Assembly (NCBI GenBank): GCA_963755455.1 | Contig: CAVWJH010000004.1 | Location: 204,948-268,947, forward strand | DNA: 64,000 nucleotides | Direction: 5' to 3' | Origin: an uncultured Verrucomicrobiae bacterium | Lineage (GTDB): Bacteria > Verrucomicrobiota > Verrucomicrobiia > Limisphaerales > UBA11358 | Part shown: positions 30,178 through 37,907 of the stretch, in pieces | Position numbering within the stretch: position 1 is the stretch's first letter | How the letters are laid out: every line of letters starts with the position of its first letter | The notes under the pieces: model-generated | The model's input: only the letters and a program-made list of their open reading frames with translations | Database searches by the model: none | What the model was told of the DNA's origin: nothing | Position numbers and translations under genes: made by a program

Positions 30178-31017
30178 TTAGATGCTCGTGAAATAATCTT
30201 TTTGAACTTTAATTTCTTCGACAACTTTCTGCTTCACCTCAACTCCAATTCCCAATTCTTTCAGCTTTTGAACCAGTTCTTCTCCGTCAATTAAATCAAT
30301 CGGCATAGCACCGTCTCTTTGAGCTTCAGCCCGAGCGTCGCGAGAAAATCTTCCGGTAGTTATCAGCAATCCCTTATCAGCCCGACCGTCCATCGCACCT
30401 CGAAAATCTCGCACTGTAGATGGAGGAACAGTTCCTTTATATCTTTTGCACTGAAAACTTACTCGAAAAGTTAATAATCCTCCGATTCGCAAAACTCCTT
30501 TTCCATCAATGCCGCCATCGCCAGATTTGCCGGTTACTTCAACTTGGATAAATCCAGATTCGCGCAATAGTAATTGGCAAAGCCGTTCAAAACTTTCAGC
30601 CGGCATTTCTTTCACAACTGAAAGTAATTCGTCCTGCCAACTATCACGTTCTGGCTCAATTTCAAATTCAGTTTGTTCGACTTTTAATTTTCGCTCTGCC
30701 TTGTCTTGATTTCTGACCGCACGTTTAACTTCCTCAATATTGACTGGATATTTTTTGCGGCCTTCAAGTGTCAGCGTCCAGACTCCACGCGCAGAATTTT
30801 CGAGAAGCCCGAAGCGCTTCATGTAATTTCGCGCCCAAGCCAAACGGTAACTCAATTTCGTTGTGCTGCCGCGATGGATTTCAGCGATGTCCTTCTCGGT
30901 GAGTTTCAAAATCGAAGCTACGGCATCTTCTTGTTCTGAAACAGAAGCAGAGCCACCCAATTGATTCACCGCCTGCAAAAGCGGATTGATCAATTCATCG
31001 TATTTTGGAACAGGCAT
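30178..31017 (-). CDS. mrr: Mrr-family type IV restriction endonuclease
   Basis: Mrr_N-like N-terminus (MPVPKYDELINPLLQAV...YRLAWARNYMKRFGLLE). Catalytic domain FERLCQLLLRESGF..VEVTGKSGDGGIDG...FQCKRY...VRDFRGAM...GLLITTGRFS. Confidence 0.85.
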   Translation of the reverse strand: MPVPKYDELINPLLQAVNQLGGSASVSEQEDAVASILKLTEKDIAEIHRGSTTKLSYRLAWARNYMKRFGLLENSARGVWTLTLEGRKKYPVNIEEVKRAVRNQDKAERKLKVEQTEFEIEPERDSWQDELLSVVKEMPAESFERLCQLLLRESGFIQVEVTGKSGDGGIDGKGVLRIGGLLTFRVSFQCKRYKGTVPPSTVRDFRGAMDGRADKGLLITTGRFSRDARAEAQRDGAMPIDLIDGEELVQKLKELGIGVEVKQKVVEEIKVQKDYFTSI

Positions 31018-31044
31018 AACTGAAGTCGTCGTATTCTAAATTTT

Positions 31045-31527
31045 TCACGGCGCGACCTTTAGCCGTTCCGTTTCCTCGACTTTGCCGCCGAGCAGGAAGC
31101 CGTGTTCCTTGTAGGAGCGCAGCATGAAATGCGTGGCCGTCGAAAGCACGCCCTCGATGGTGGACAGTTTTTCCGAGACGAACGCCGCGACCTTTTGCAG
31201 GCTCGCGCCGTTGACGAACACCAGCAGGTCGTAGCCGCCGGACATGAGATAGCAGGATTCCACCTCGTCGAACTTGCTGATGCGCTCGGCCAGGCGGTTG
31301 AAGCCGCCGCCGCGCTCGGGCGTGATCCGCACCTCAATGACGGCGCGGACGATGCCGGAATCTTCCTCCGCCAGGTTCAGCACGGGCCGGAAGCCCAGCA
31401 GCACGCCGTCGTGTTTCAGCGCGTCGAGCTGGCGGACGATTTCGGCCTCGGACAGATTGAGCACCTGCGCCATCTGCGCCGTGTTCAGGCTGCCGCCTTC
31501 GAGCAAAAGTTTTAGCACCGGATTCAT
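31045..31527 (-). CDS. Lrp/AsnC family transcriptional regulator
   Basis: HTH N-terminus (LLLEGGSLNTAQMAQVLNLSEAEIVRQL) and an AsnC-type ligand-binding domain (RAVIEVRITPE...VESCYLMSGGYDLLVFV). Confidence 0.85.
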   Translation of the reverse strand: MNPVLKLLLEGGSLNTAQMAQVLNLSEAEIVRQLDALKHDGVLLGFRPVLNLAEEDSGIVRAVIEVRITPERGGGFNRLAERISKFDEVESCYLMSGGYDLLVFVNGASLQKVAAFVSEKLSTIEGVLSTATHFMLRSYKEHGFLLGGKVEETERLKVAP

Positions 31528-31734
31528 GGGACGTGAAGTGTCGCAGAAACTGCGGTTAAATCCACACCAAACTTCCCGGCCAAACACGAAGGCAAGTGCA
31601 GGCACAATTGCGGAGTTTAAGTAATTTCAATAAACCAGCACCAGCACCGCCGCTGTTGGTTTCAATAAGGAAAGCATGAAATCAGGAAAAACTTTCCGTT
31701 CCTTGTTTCCTGCCTTCCTTATTCAATAATTTTG

Positions 31735-31793
31735 GTAGGACTCGAGGTGACGAGACTCAAATCAAGTCAGAGACTCCTCACGTCGTCCCCTAC
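31735..31793. repeat. Hairpin repeat family A (GTAGGAGCCGAGGTGACGAG..CTC / GAGACTCCTTACGTCGTCTCCTAC)
   Basis: GTAGGACTCGAGGTGACGAGACTC, a loop, then GAGACTCCTCACGTCGTCCCCTAC. The arms pair over about 24 nt with a few mismatches. Confidence 0.8.
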
Positions 31794-31922
31794 TCAATAA
31801 CGAGCACCAGCACTGCCGCCTCCTGCGCCGACCTCACCACATCCTCAAACTTCGGGGTGGCCGTCTGCAAAGACTTCGGCGCTTTGAGCTTGGCGTCCAC
31901 CTCCGGCACGGATTCCAGAAAT

Positions 31923-31982
31923 GGTAGGGCTGCGGTGCTCCGCAGCCCAAATATCAGGGTGGCGCGGCAGCACCGCCCTACC
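31923..31982. repeat. Repeat family C, intergenic copy
   Basis: GGTAGGGCTGCGGTGCTCCGCAGCCC AAATATCA GGGTGGCGCGGCAGCACCGCCCTACC. Confidence 0.8.
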
Positions 31983-32068
31983 GGCTCTTGACCGCGTAAT
32001 TCAATTGGTGGCCGTCCGCAAGGATCTCCGGCAACGCCCCGCTCGTGCCAGCGCCACCGACTAAAAAA

Positions 32069-32153
32069 TTAACGCAAAGACGCAAAGATGCCAGGGCGCA
32101 AAGAACAGACGGTATTTGCCTTGCGTCTTTGCCGCTTTGCGCCTTTGCGTTAA
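32069..32153. repeat. Palindromic repeat family B (TTAACGCAAAGACGCAAAG...CTTTGCGTTAA)
   Basis: TTAACGCAAAGACGCAAAGATGCCAGGGCGCAAAG...GCCTTGCGTCTTTGCCGCTTTGCGCCTTTGCGTTAA. This copy is on the left flank of the R-M pair. Confidence 0.8.
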
Positions 32154-32320
32154 ATCCGGCCAGCTTGGGCGAAAATCCCTGCAACGACGGGTCGGGAAAA
32201 CCAATCGTCGCCACCGTGCCGCCCAGATGCGCCGTGCGGCTGGGCAAAATGGGCAACAGGGCGAACCGCCAAATGAATACCGGGCGTGACATTCAAATCA
32301 ATATCCGGTTTCATCTCGCC

Positions 32321-33157
32321 ATGAGCGCATATCAAGATTTTACAACGCGGTTGAAACTGCTGATTAGCAAGAATCCGCAGCTCATCACAACCACATTGAG
32401 CAATATCTTCACGATGCGGCTGATTGGGAATAAAACCCATGGTGATTTGGCGGAGATAGCGATTGCGGAGTTCATCAACCAATATATGTATGACTTCAAA
32501 TCTCTTCATGTTGGAAAAGACCTTTATCGCGCCAAACAACATGAGGAGGACATCACAATAACCAATGAAATAACAAAGGCCACATTTCCAGTGAGCTTGA
32601 AAGCTTACGGCGATGGCCCACTCCAATTATCCACGGACAAGAACTTCCAAATGTTCCCGGTGCTCAAAGCGATTGGAGCTGCGATCGAGCATAAGGATGA
32701 CATTGCGCGAATCTGGGCGCACGAAGCGTTTTCAGAATTCAGCACCATGAATGTGCTTCCACTGATTTACGACGAGAAAAAGCAAAGATGCAACATTCTC
32801 GTTTTTAATGCCGAGGCAGCCAAAGCCAATGTCGCCCGCGTCGCTTACGAGGAGGCGGGACGTGGACGGAAACACCCGGTTTTCCGTTTTTATGATGCGG
32901 AAGGTGCCTACATTTGTGAGGTGCGCTATGGCAGCGGAACTGCCAATGCGCTGCAACGCGGTCTCTGGACACATACCAAAAATGGCCTGAAGTATTTCGA
33001 CAGCGTCACCGCTGGCTGGATTGATTACTCGCACAATCATGTGCTGGTGAAATTGTTTTCACACGCGCTGCTTTCCACCAGCAAAGGCCATGAGGCGGCT
33101 TTGCTGAAGTTGAAAGAGGACATCGAAGAACAGAAGCAAAATGCCAGGCTCCGCTAA
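32321..33157 (+). CDS. Putative type II restriction endonuclease (cognate of the adjacent methyltransferase)
   Basis: 278-aa ORF ending 2 bp before the methylase ATG. Possible PD..(D/E)xK-like elements are GDLAEIAI...EEDITI...VSLK. No family recognised, so the role is inferred from context. The ORF-track start at 32045 lies in repeats. Confidence 0.5.
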   Translation: MSAYQDFTTRLKLLISKNPQLITTTLSNIFTMRLIGNKTHGDLAEIAIAEFINQYMYDFKSLHVGKDLYRAKQHEEDITITNEITKATFPVSLKAYGDGPLQLSTDKNFQMFPVLKAIGAAIEHKDDIARIWAHEAFSEFSTMNVLPLIYDEKKQRCNILVFNAEAAKANVARVAYEEAGRGRKHPVFRFYDAEGAYICEVRYGSGTANALQRGLWTHTKNGLKYFDSVTAGWIDYSHNHVLVKLFSHALLSTSKGHEAALLKLKEDIEEQKQNARLR

Positions 33158-33159
33158 TT

Positions 33160-34293
33160 ATGCAGACTTTGAATCTCTTTGATGACTTGGTTGTGGACGC
33201 CCCGGGAACGCAGGGGATTAAATATGCCGGCTCGAAACTCAAGCTGCTCCCTTACATTCTTCAACTCGTTCAAAAAGTGAAGCCGCTTACTGTGCTCGAT
33301 GGGTTTGCCGGCACGACGCGGGTTTCTCAAGCTCTGGCGCAAACTGGGCACTGCGTCATTGCCAATGACATTGCCGTCTGGTCGAAGATTTTTGGAACCT
33401 GCTATCTGCTCAACCCGCATCAAGCCGAACATTACCAATCGCTCATTGACCATCTCAACGCGCTGCCGGGAAAAGACGGCTGGTTCACGGAGAATTATGG
33501 TGGCGATCCCAATAGCGGTTGTTCCGTGGGCGAAGATAATCTCAAGAAGCCCTGGCAAAAGCACAACACACGCCGGCTGGATGCCATCCGCGAGGAAATC
33601 GAGCGGCTCGCGCTCCCGGAAGTTGAAAAGGCAGTTGCGCTGACCAGCCTGATTCTTGCCTTGGATGAAGTGGACAGCACCTTGGGACATTTCGTTTCCT
33701 ATTTGAATGATTGGTCGCCGCGTTCGCACAAGAAGCTGCATCTCAAAATTCCCCGGCTCATTCCGCAAACGGAATCGCATCGCGTGACTCACGGGAGTAT
33801 TTTTGATTTGCTGCCGCAGGTGGAAGTGGATCTCGCCTACTTCGATCCGCCGTATGGCTCGAACAACGAGAAGATGCCGCCATCACGCGTGCGTTACTCC
33901 GCTTATTATCATCTTTGGACGACCGTTTGCCTGAACGACAAACCGCCGCTGTTCGGCAAAGCAAAACGGCGAGAAGACACCTCGGACACGGTGGTTAATT
34001 CCGAGTTCGAGGAATTTCGGAAAAATCCAGCGGGGCGTTTCATCGCGTTGGAGGCAATCGAGAAGTTGCTCGCCGCAACGCGGGCACCACACATCATTCT
34101 TTCCTACAGTTCCGGTGGGCGAGCGACGGCGGAACAGTTACACGACCTTATTGCATCTGTTGGTCGTGTCGTTGAGGTTTTGGAAATTGATTACCGCAAA
34201 AACGTCATGGCTGGCATGAGTTGGACAAACGAATGGATTGCTGATGCTTCAATTCCAAACAGGGAATTCCTCTTCTTGATCGAAAAACATTGA
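33160..34293 (+). CDS. D12-class (Dam-like) N6-adenine DNA methyltransferase
   Basis: IKYAGSKLKLLPYI, the SAM-binding-like LDGFAGTTRV, and the catalytic DLAYFDPPYG. Confidence 0.8.
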   Translation: MQTLNLFDDLVVDAPGTQGIKYAGSKLKLLPYILQLVQKVKPLTVLDGFAGTTRVSQALAQTGHCVIANDIAVWSKIFGTCYLLNPHQAEHYQSLIDHLNALPGKDGWFTENYGGDPNSGCSVGEDNLKKPWQKHNTRRLDAIREEIERLALPEVEKAVALTSLILALDEVDSTLGHFVSYLNDWSPRSHKKLHLKIPRLIPQTESHRVTHGSIFDLLPQVEVDLAYFDPPYGSNNEKMPPSRVRYSAYYHLWTTVCLNDKPPLFGKAKRREDTSDTVVNSEFEEFRKNPAGRFIALEAIEKLLAATRAPHIILSYSSGGRATAEQLHDLIASVGRVVEVLEIDYRKNVMAGMSWTNEWIADASIPNREFLFLIEKH

Positions 34294-34413
34294 ACGGCAC
34301 GCCTTCGCTCCGCGATTACAGACTCCAATCACTCCAATCGTCCATCACTAAACGATTTTGGCACGGCGTTCGTCCCCAGCGCCGTCGGCGCGGCATATTC
34401 GGCGGGGAAATTT

Positions 34414-34502
34414 TCAACGCAAAGACGCAAAGGCGCGAAGTCGCAAGGAATTTTTGCTTTGCGCTCATTGCGTCTTGGCGTCTTTGCGTTAATTCTTTCA
34501 CT
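34414..34502. repeat. Palindromic repeat family B, right flank of the R-M pair
   Basis: TCAACGCAAAGACGCAAAGGCGCGAAGTCGCAAGG...GCTTTGCGCTCATTGCGTCTTGGCGTCTTTGCGTTAA. Confidence 0.8.
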
Positions 34503-34618
34503 GATGATTCCGCTCCTACGGAGCTTGATTCATTTACGCTGCCGTTTCTACAAATATGCCAGTCCTACGGACTTCGCCGCCTTCGCGTCCTTCGCGCGAC
34601 CCGTTGCCCTGGCGTTTT

Positions 34619-34711
34619 GTAGGAGTCGAGGTGACGAGACTCATTTCAATCTTGGACCGGCGAATGCGGATTGCGGATTTTCAATCAGAGACTCCTCACG
34701 TCGTCCCCTGC
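34619..34711. repeat. Hairpin repeat family A, long-loop copy
   Basis: GTAGGAGTCGAGGTGACGAGACTC ... GAGACTCCTCACGTCGTCCCCTGC. The loop itself carries another short motif (TGCGGATTGCGGATTTTCAATC). Confidence 0.8.
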
Positions 34712-34770
34712 AATAAAAAGCCCGCGCATCCTGTGACGCGCGGGCGTGTTCTTCCCGACCCTTCAGCGGC

Positions 34771-35199
34771 TTATGCCGCCTTCTTGATCTGCGCTATTTT
34801 CACGGCGGCTTTGGCCGCTTTCAGCGCGGCCTTGGCTTCCGGCGTGGCTTGCGCGGACGCATCCACGACGTAGCCCCAGTCGCCCAGCTTGTGCTCGCTG
34901 CCCTTGTTCTGCGCCGCCAGCAGGTCGCGCGAGGCGGTCACAATAAACCGCACGGTGCCGGGCGTGTTCGTGTCCGGCCCCAGCGCGTTGTCGCGGGTTT
35001 CGGTCGCCGTCTCCGCCTGACTGGCGAAGTCCTTGGCGTCCGCCTGGCTGCTGTCGGCGGTGTCCACCAGCGCACTGAATCCGGCAATGCCGTCAATGGT
35101 GTTGAGCGGACTGGCCGTGCCCAGCGCGACGTGCTTGTCCCGAACCGCCTTCGCGAGCTTGATCAACTCTTCCGGATTTTTTGGAATTGGTATTCGCAT
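34771..35199 (-). CDS. Hypothetical protein
   Basis: The ATG at 35199 gives MRIPIPKNPEELIKLAK.... There is an Ala/Lys-rich C-terminal helix and no recognisable domain. Confidence 0.4.
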   Translation of the reverse strand: MRIPIPKNPEELIKLAKAVRDKHVALGTASPLNTIDGIAGFSALVDTADSSQADAKDFASQAETATETRDNALGPDTNTPGTVRFIVTASRDLLAAQNKGSEHKLGDWGYVVDASAQATPEAKAALKAAKAAVKIAQIKKAA

Positions 35200-35382
35200 A
35201 AAATCAAAAGTTTGATGGTGATGTTTGTTCCGGCATCCTGTCGCCCGGCGTTCGACCCCGCCCGCAATGGCAGAATGTCCCAATGAGAATTGATTGAACC
35301 GCCGCTGCCAGCGATGAACTCACCGTTTTTTGGCAAAAAGGTGCGTTTTCTTGTCAAAATTGCGGTTTTTAGCGTTTGGCGG

Positions 35383-35634
35383 CTCAATCGGCGCGTCGGA
35401 AGATTGAATCGGCGCGTCCGCCGGCTCAACCGGCGGATGCAATTGTTCAATAGTTGCGTCCGAATATTGAACCGGCGAATGCGATTATTGAGATGGCGGA
35501 CCTGATTGTTGAACATCCCGAACCGGCGTTTGAACCGGCGAATCGGGAAATTGAACCGGCGGATGCGAATGTTGAGTCGCCGGAGCCGCCGGTGGAATCT
35601 GCAAACGCAAATCTTGAGGTGTCGGATGCAAATG
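35383..35634. repeat. Tandem array of a degenerate 21-bp unit (about 12 copies)
   Basis: Units such as TTGAACCGGCGAATGCGATTA / TTGAACCGGCGGATGCGAATG / TTGAATCGGCGCGTCCGCCGG. All six frames are open, giving heptad pseudo-peptides (LNRRxRR, IEPANxx). Confidence 0.85.
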
Positions 35635-35640
35635 AGCGGG

Positions 35641-36262
35641 TCATCCTTCCACCAATTCGCATTCCGCACCCGACAATTGCCGCCACTGACCGGTCGGCAA
35701 TTCCGACAGCCAGAAATGCCCAATCCGCACGCGCAGCAAACGCAATGTCGGATGGCCGATGGCCGCCGTCATTTTACGAACCTGACGGTTCTTGCCCTCG
35801 ATCAATTCCAGACCGATCCAGCAATCAGGAACGCTCTTGCGAAAACGGATGGGCGGATTGCGCGGCGGAATGATGCAGTGTCGGCGCTGTGCGCCGATTG
35901 TTTCGAGACCACAGGCTCGACGCTGCAATTTCCGGCTGCGGCTCCAGCAACCACGCACGGCACGGCAACGTCTTCCGGCCCTGAATCAAAATTCCTCTTT
36001 CCAGTTTCCGCAAACTTTCCGGCGACGGAATTTTTTCGATCTGCGCCCAATACTCGCGCTCGTGCGCGTGGCGCGGGTGCAGCAGTTTTTCGTTCCACTC
36101 CGGTTCGTCGCTCAAGAGCAAAAGGCCTTCCGAATCTGCGTCGAGCCGTCCGATGGGATAAACATTTTTTGGTAAACCAAATTCAGCCAGTGCGCGATTA
36201 GGAGAGCCGTCGCCGGTGAATTGCGACAGCACGCCGAACGGTTTGTTGAATGCGATGAGCAT
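35641..36262 (-). pseudogene. Pseudouridine synthase (RluE/RsuA family); one frame break near 35940
   Basis: MLIAFNKPFGVLSQFT...YPIGRLDADSEGLLLLS...REYWAQIE lies in ORF 35825..36262. The C-terminal [31 protein letters not shown] lies in ORF 35641..35958. Confidence 0.75.
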
Positions 36263-36277
36263 TACGCCGATATTTTT

Positions 36278-36345
36278 GCCACAGAGTCACAGAGAACACA
36301 GGGAAAAATGTCTTGTTTTGCTCCGCGTCTCTGTGTCTCTGTGGC
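36278..36345. repeat. Palindromic repeat family D variant (CACAGAG type)
   Basis: GCCACAGAGTCACAGAGAACACAGGG ... GTCTCTGTGTCTCTGTGGC, between the rluE-like gene and the HAD-Nudix gene. Confidence 0.75.
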
Positions 36346-36394
36346 TGATTTTCCTTTCTGTTGCCTTGAAGCTATTCGCGGTTAAACTGCTGGC

Positions 36395-37477
36395 GTGATC
36401 CGCAACATCATCTTCGACTGGTCCGGCACTTTGGTTGACGATCTGCCCGCCGTTTTGAAGGCGTCGAATTTTGTCCTGACGCAGGCCGGCAAACCCGAAA
36501 TGTCGCTGGAACAATTCCGCGCGGAATTTTCACTGCCGTTCACGAAATTCTACGACCGCCACACGCCGGACGTGCCGATGCCGCAGCTCGAAGAATGGTT
36601 CCACACGGAATTTCGCCGCGCGCAAACCTCGGTCTGTGAATTGCCGCACGCGCGGGCATTCCTGGAATTTTGCCGCGAGAAAAAGTTCCGCACGTTTCTG
36701 CTCAGCACCGTCCACGGCGACCATTTCAAAGCGCAGTGCGCCGTCACCGGCTTCGACGCCTTTCTCGAAAAACCTTACACGGATGTCTGGGACAAGCGGA
36801 AAAAAATCCACGACATTCTGCGCGAAAATAATCTGCTGCCGGAGGAAACGCTGTTCATCGGCGACATGGAGCACGACATCGAGACAGCGCATCACGGCGG
36901 CGTGCATTCGTGCGCCGTGCTGACCGGTTACAACACGCTGGGGCAGTTGCGCGCCGCGCAGCCGGATTTGATCGTCGAGCATCTTTCGGAACTGCGCGGC
37001 CTGCTGGAGAAGAATGATTTCAACCTCAAGCCGCTGATAAAAAAGCTTGAAGAATCGCAGCCGCCGCTCGCGACCGTCGGCGCGCTGGTTTTTAATTCCA
37101 AAAACGAGGCGCTGATGATCCGCACGCACAAATGGTCGGACAAATGGGGAATTCCCGGCGGGAAAATCAAATGGGGCGAAACTTCTGAAAATGCCTTGCG
37201 CCGGGAAATCCTGGAGGAAACCGGCCTGAAAATCTCCGGCATCAAATTCGTGCTCGTGCAGGATTGCATCCACTCGAAGGAGTTTTACCGCGACGCGCAT
37301 TTTGTGCTGCTGAATTACACCTGCCGCTGCACCGGAAAAAATCCGCGCGTGACATTGAACGACGAAGGCCGCGAATTCCGCTGGCTCAAACCGGCCGACG
37401 CGAAGAAATTAAAATTGAACAAGCCGACGCGAATCTTGATTAACGCCGTGCTGACGCGCAAACCTCATAAATCGTAA
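36395..37477 (+). CDS. HAD-superfamily phosphatase fused to a Nudix hydrolase
   Basis: GTG start. The HAD motifs are IIFDWSGTLVDD and FIGDMEHDIETAHHGG. The C-terminal Nudix box is GGKIKWGETSENALRREILEETGL. Confidence 0.75.
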   Translation: MIRNIIFDWSGTLVDDLPAVLKASNFVLTQAGKPEMSLEQFRAEFSLPFTKFYDRHTPDVPMPQLEEWFHTEFRRAQTSVCELPHARAFLEFCREKKFRTFLLSTVHGDHFKAQCAVTGFDAFLEKPYTDVWDKRKKIHDILRENNLLPEETLFIGDMEHDIETAHHGGVHSCAVLTGYNTLGQLRAAQPDLIVEHLSELRGLLEKNDFNLKPLIKKLEESQPPLATVGALVFNSKNEALMIRTHKWSDKWGIPGGKIKWGETSENALRREILEETGLKISGIKFVLVQDCIHSKEFYRDAHFVLLNYTCRCTGKNPRVTLNDEGREFRWLKPADAKKLKLNKPTRILINAVLTRKPHKS

Positions 37478-37494
37478 ATCGCATATCGTAAATC
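37466..37494 (+). repeat. AAATCGT-heptamer motif directly upstream of the folB ATG
   Basis: CATAAATCGTAAATCGCATATCGTAAATC, then TAAA, then the ATG at 37499. It also contains the stop codon of the HAD-Nudix gene. Confidence 0.7.
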
Positions 37495-37498
37495 TAAA

Positions 37499-37843
37499 AT
37501 GTCCAAAATATCCATCGTTGAACTTGGAGTCCTTTATTGCGTCGGCGTGCCGGATGAAGAGCGCGCCAGGCCGCAGCGGCTGCTGCTGACGGTTGAAATG
37601 GAATGCGATTTCTCCGCCGCCGCGCAGACAGATACAATCACCGACACGATTGATTATTTTGCCGTTTCGCAGCGGCTGCTGGGTTTTGGCGAAGGACGCA
37701 GTTGGAAATTGATCGAGAAACTCGCCGACGACATTTGTGAAATGATCCTGGCCGAATTCAAACCGCAAAGCGTCACGGTCGAAGTCAAAAAATTCCCCAT
37801 CCAGCAGGCGCGGCACGTTTCCGTCATCGCCAAGAAATCGTAG
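37499..37843 (+). CDS. folB: Dihydroneopterin aldolase
   Basis: 114 aa. LYCVGVPDEERARPQRLLLTVEM...DTIDYFAVSQRLL....EKLADDI...VTVEVKKF fits the FolB pattern. The stop codon TAG lies inside a hairpin repeat. Confidence 0.75.
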   Translation: MSKISIVELGVLYCVGVPDEERARPQRLLLTVEMECDFSAAAQTDTITDTIDYFAVSQRLLGFGEGRSWKLIEKLADDICEMILAEFKPQSVTVEVKKFPIQQARHVSVIAKKS

Positions 37844-37907
37844 GAGCCGAGGTGACGAGGCTCTGACTAAATTATTTTGAAGTGAGACTCCTTACGTCGT
37901 CTCCCAC
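37840..37907. repeat. Hairpin repeat family A between convergent folB and comEC
   Basis: GTAGGAGCCGAGGTGACGAGGCTC ... GAGACTCCTTACGTCGTCTCCCAC. It contains the folB stop (TAG, 37841-37843) and the last 11 codons plus the stop of comEC. Confidence 0.85.

Noticed and set aside
31800-32292. A trypsin-like serine protease pseudogene on the minus strand (IGFPDPSLQGFSPKLA, VGGAGTSGALPEI, FEDVVRSAQEAAVLVLV).
   Set aside because: Only short motif-like fragments are present, interrupted by repeats. The order and identity are too weak to call a feature, so it is mentioned only as possible debris under the R-M finding.
32045-32320. The N-terminal 92 codons of ORF 32045..33157 as part of the restriction enzyme.
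   Set aside because: This stretch is the family-B palindromic repeat plus degraded sequence. The ATG at 32321 begins the compositionally distinct, AT-richer coding region.
35163-35723. A 186-aa Arg-rich ORF, plus plus-strand ORFs 35290..35505 and 35454..35873, as protein-coding genes.
   Set aside because: They are all read-throughs of the 21-bp tandem array, which is open in six frames. Their composition is implausible (RRFN/IRR heptads), and one overlaps the start of the neighbouring gene.
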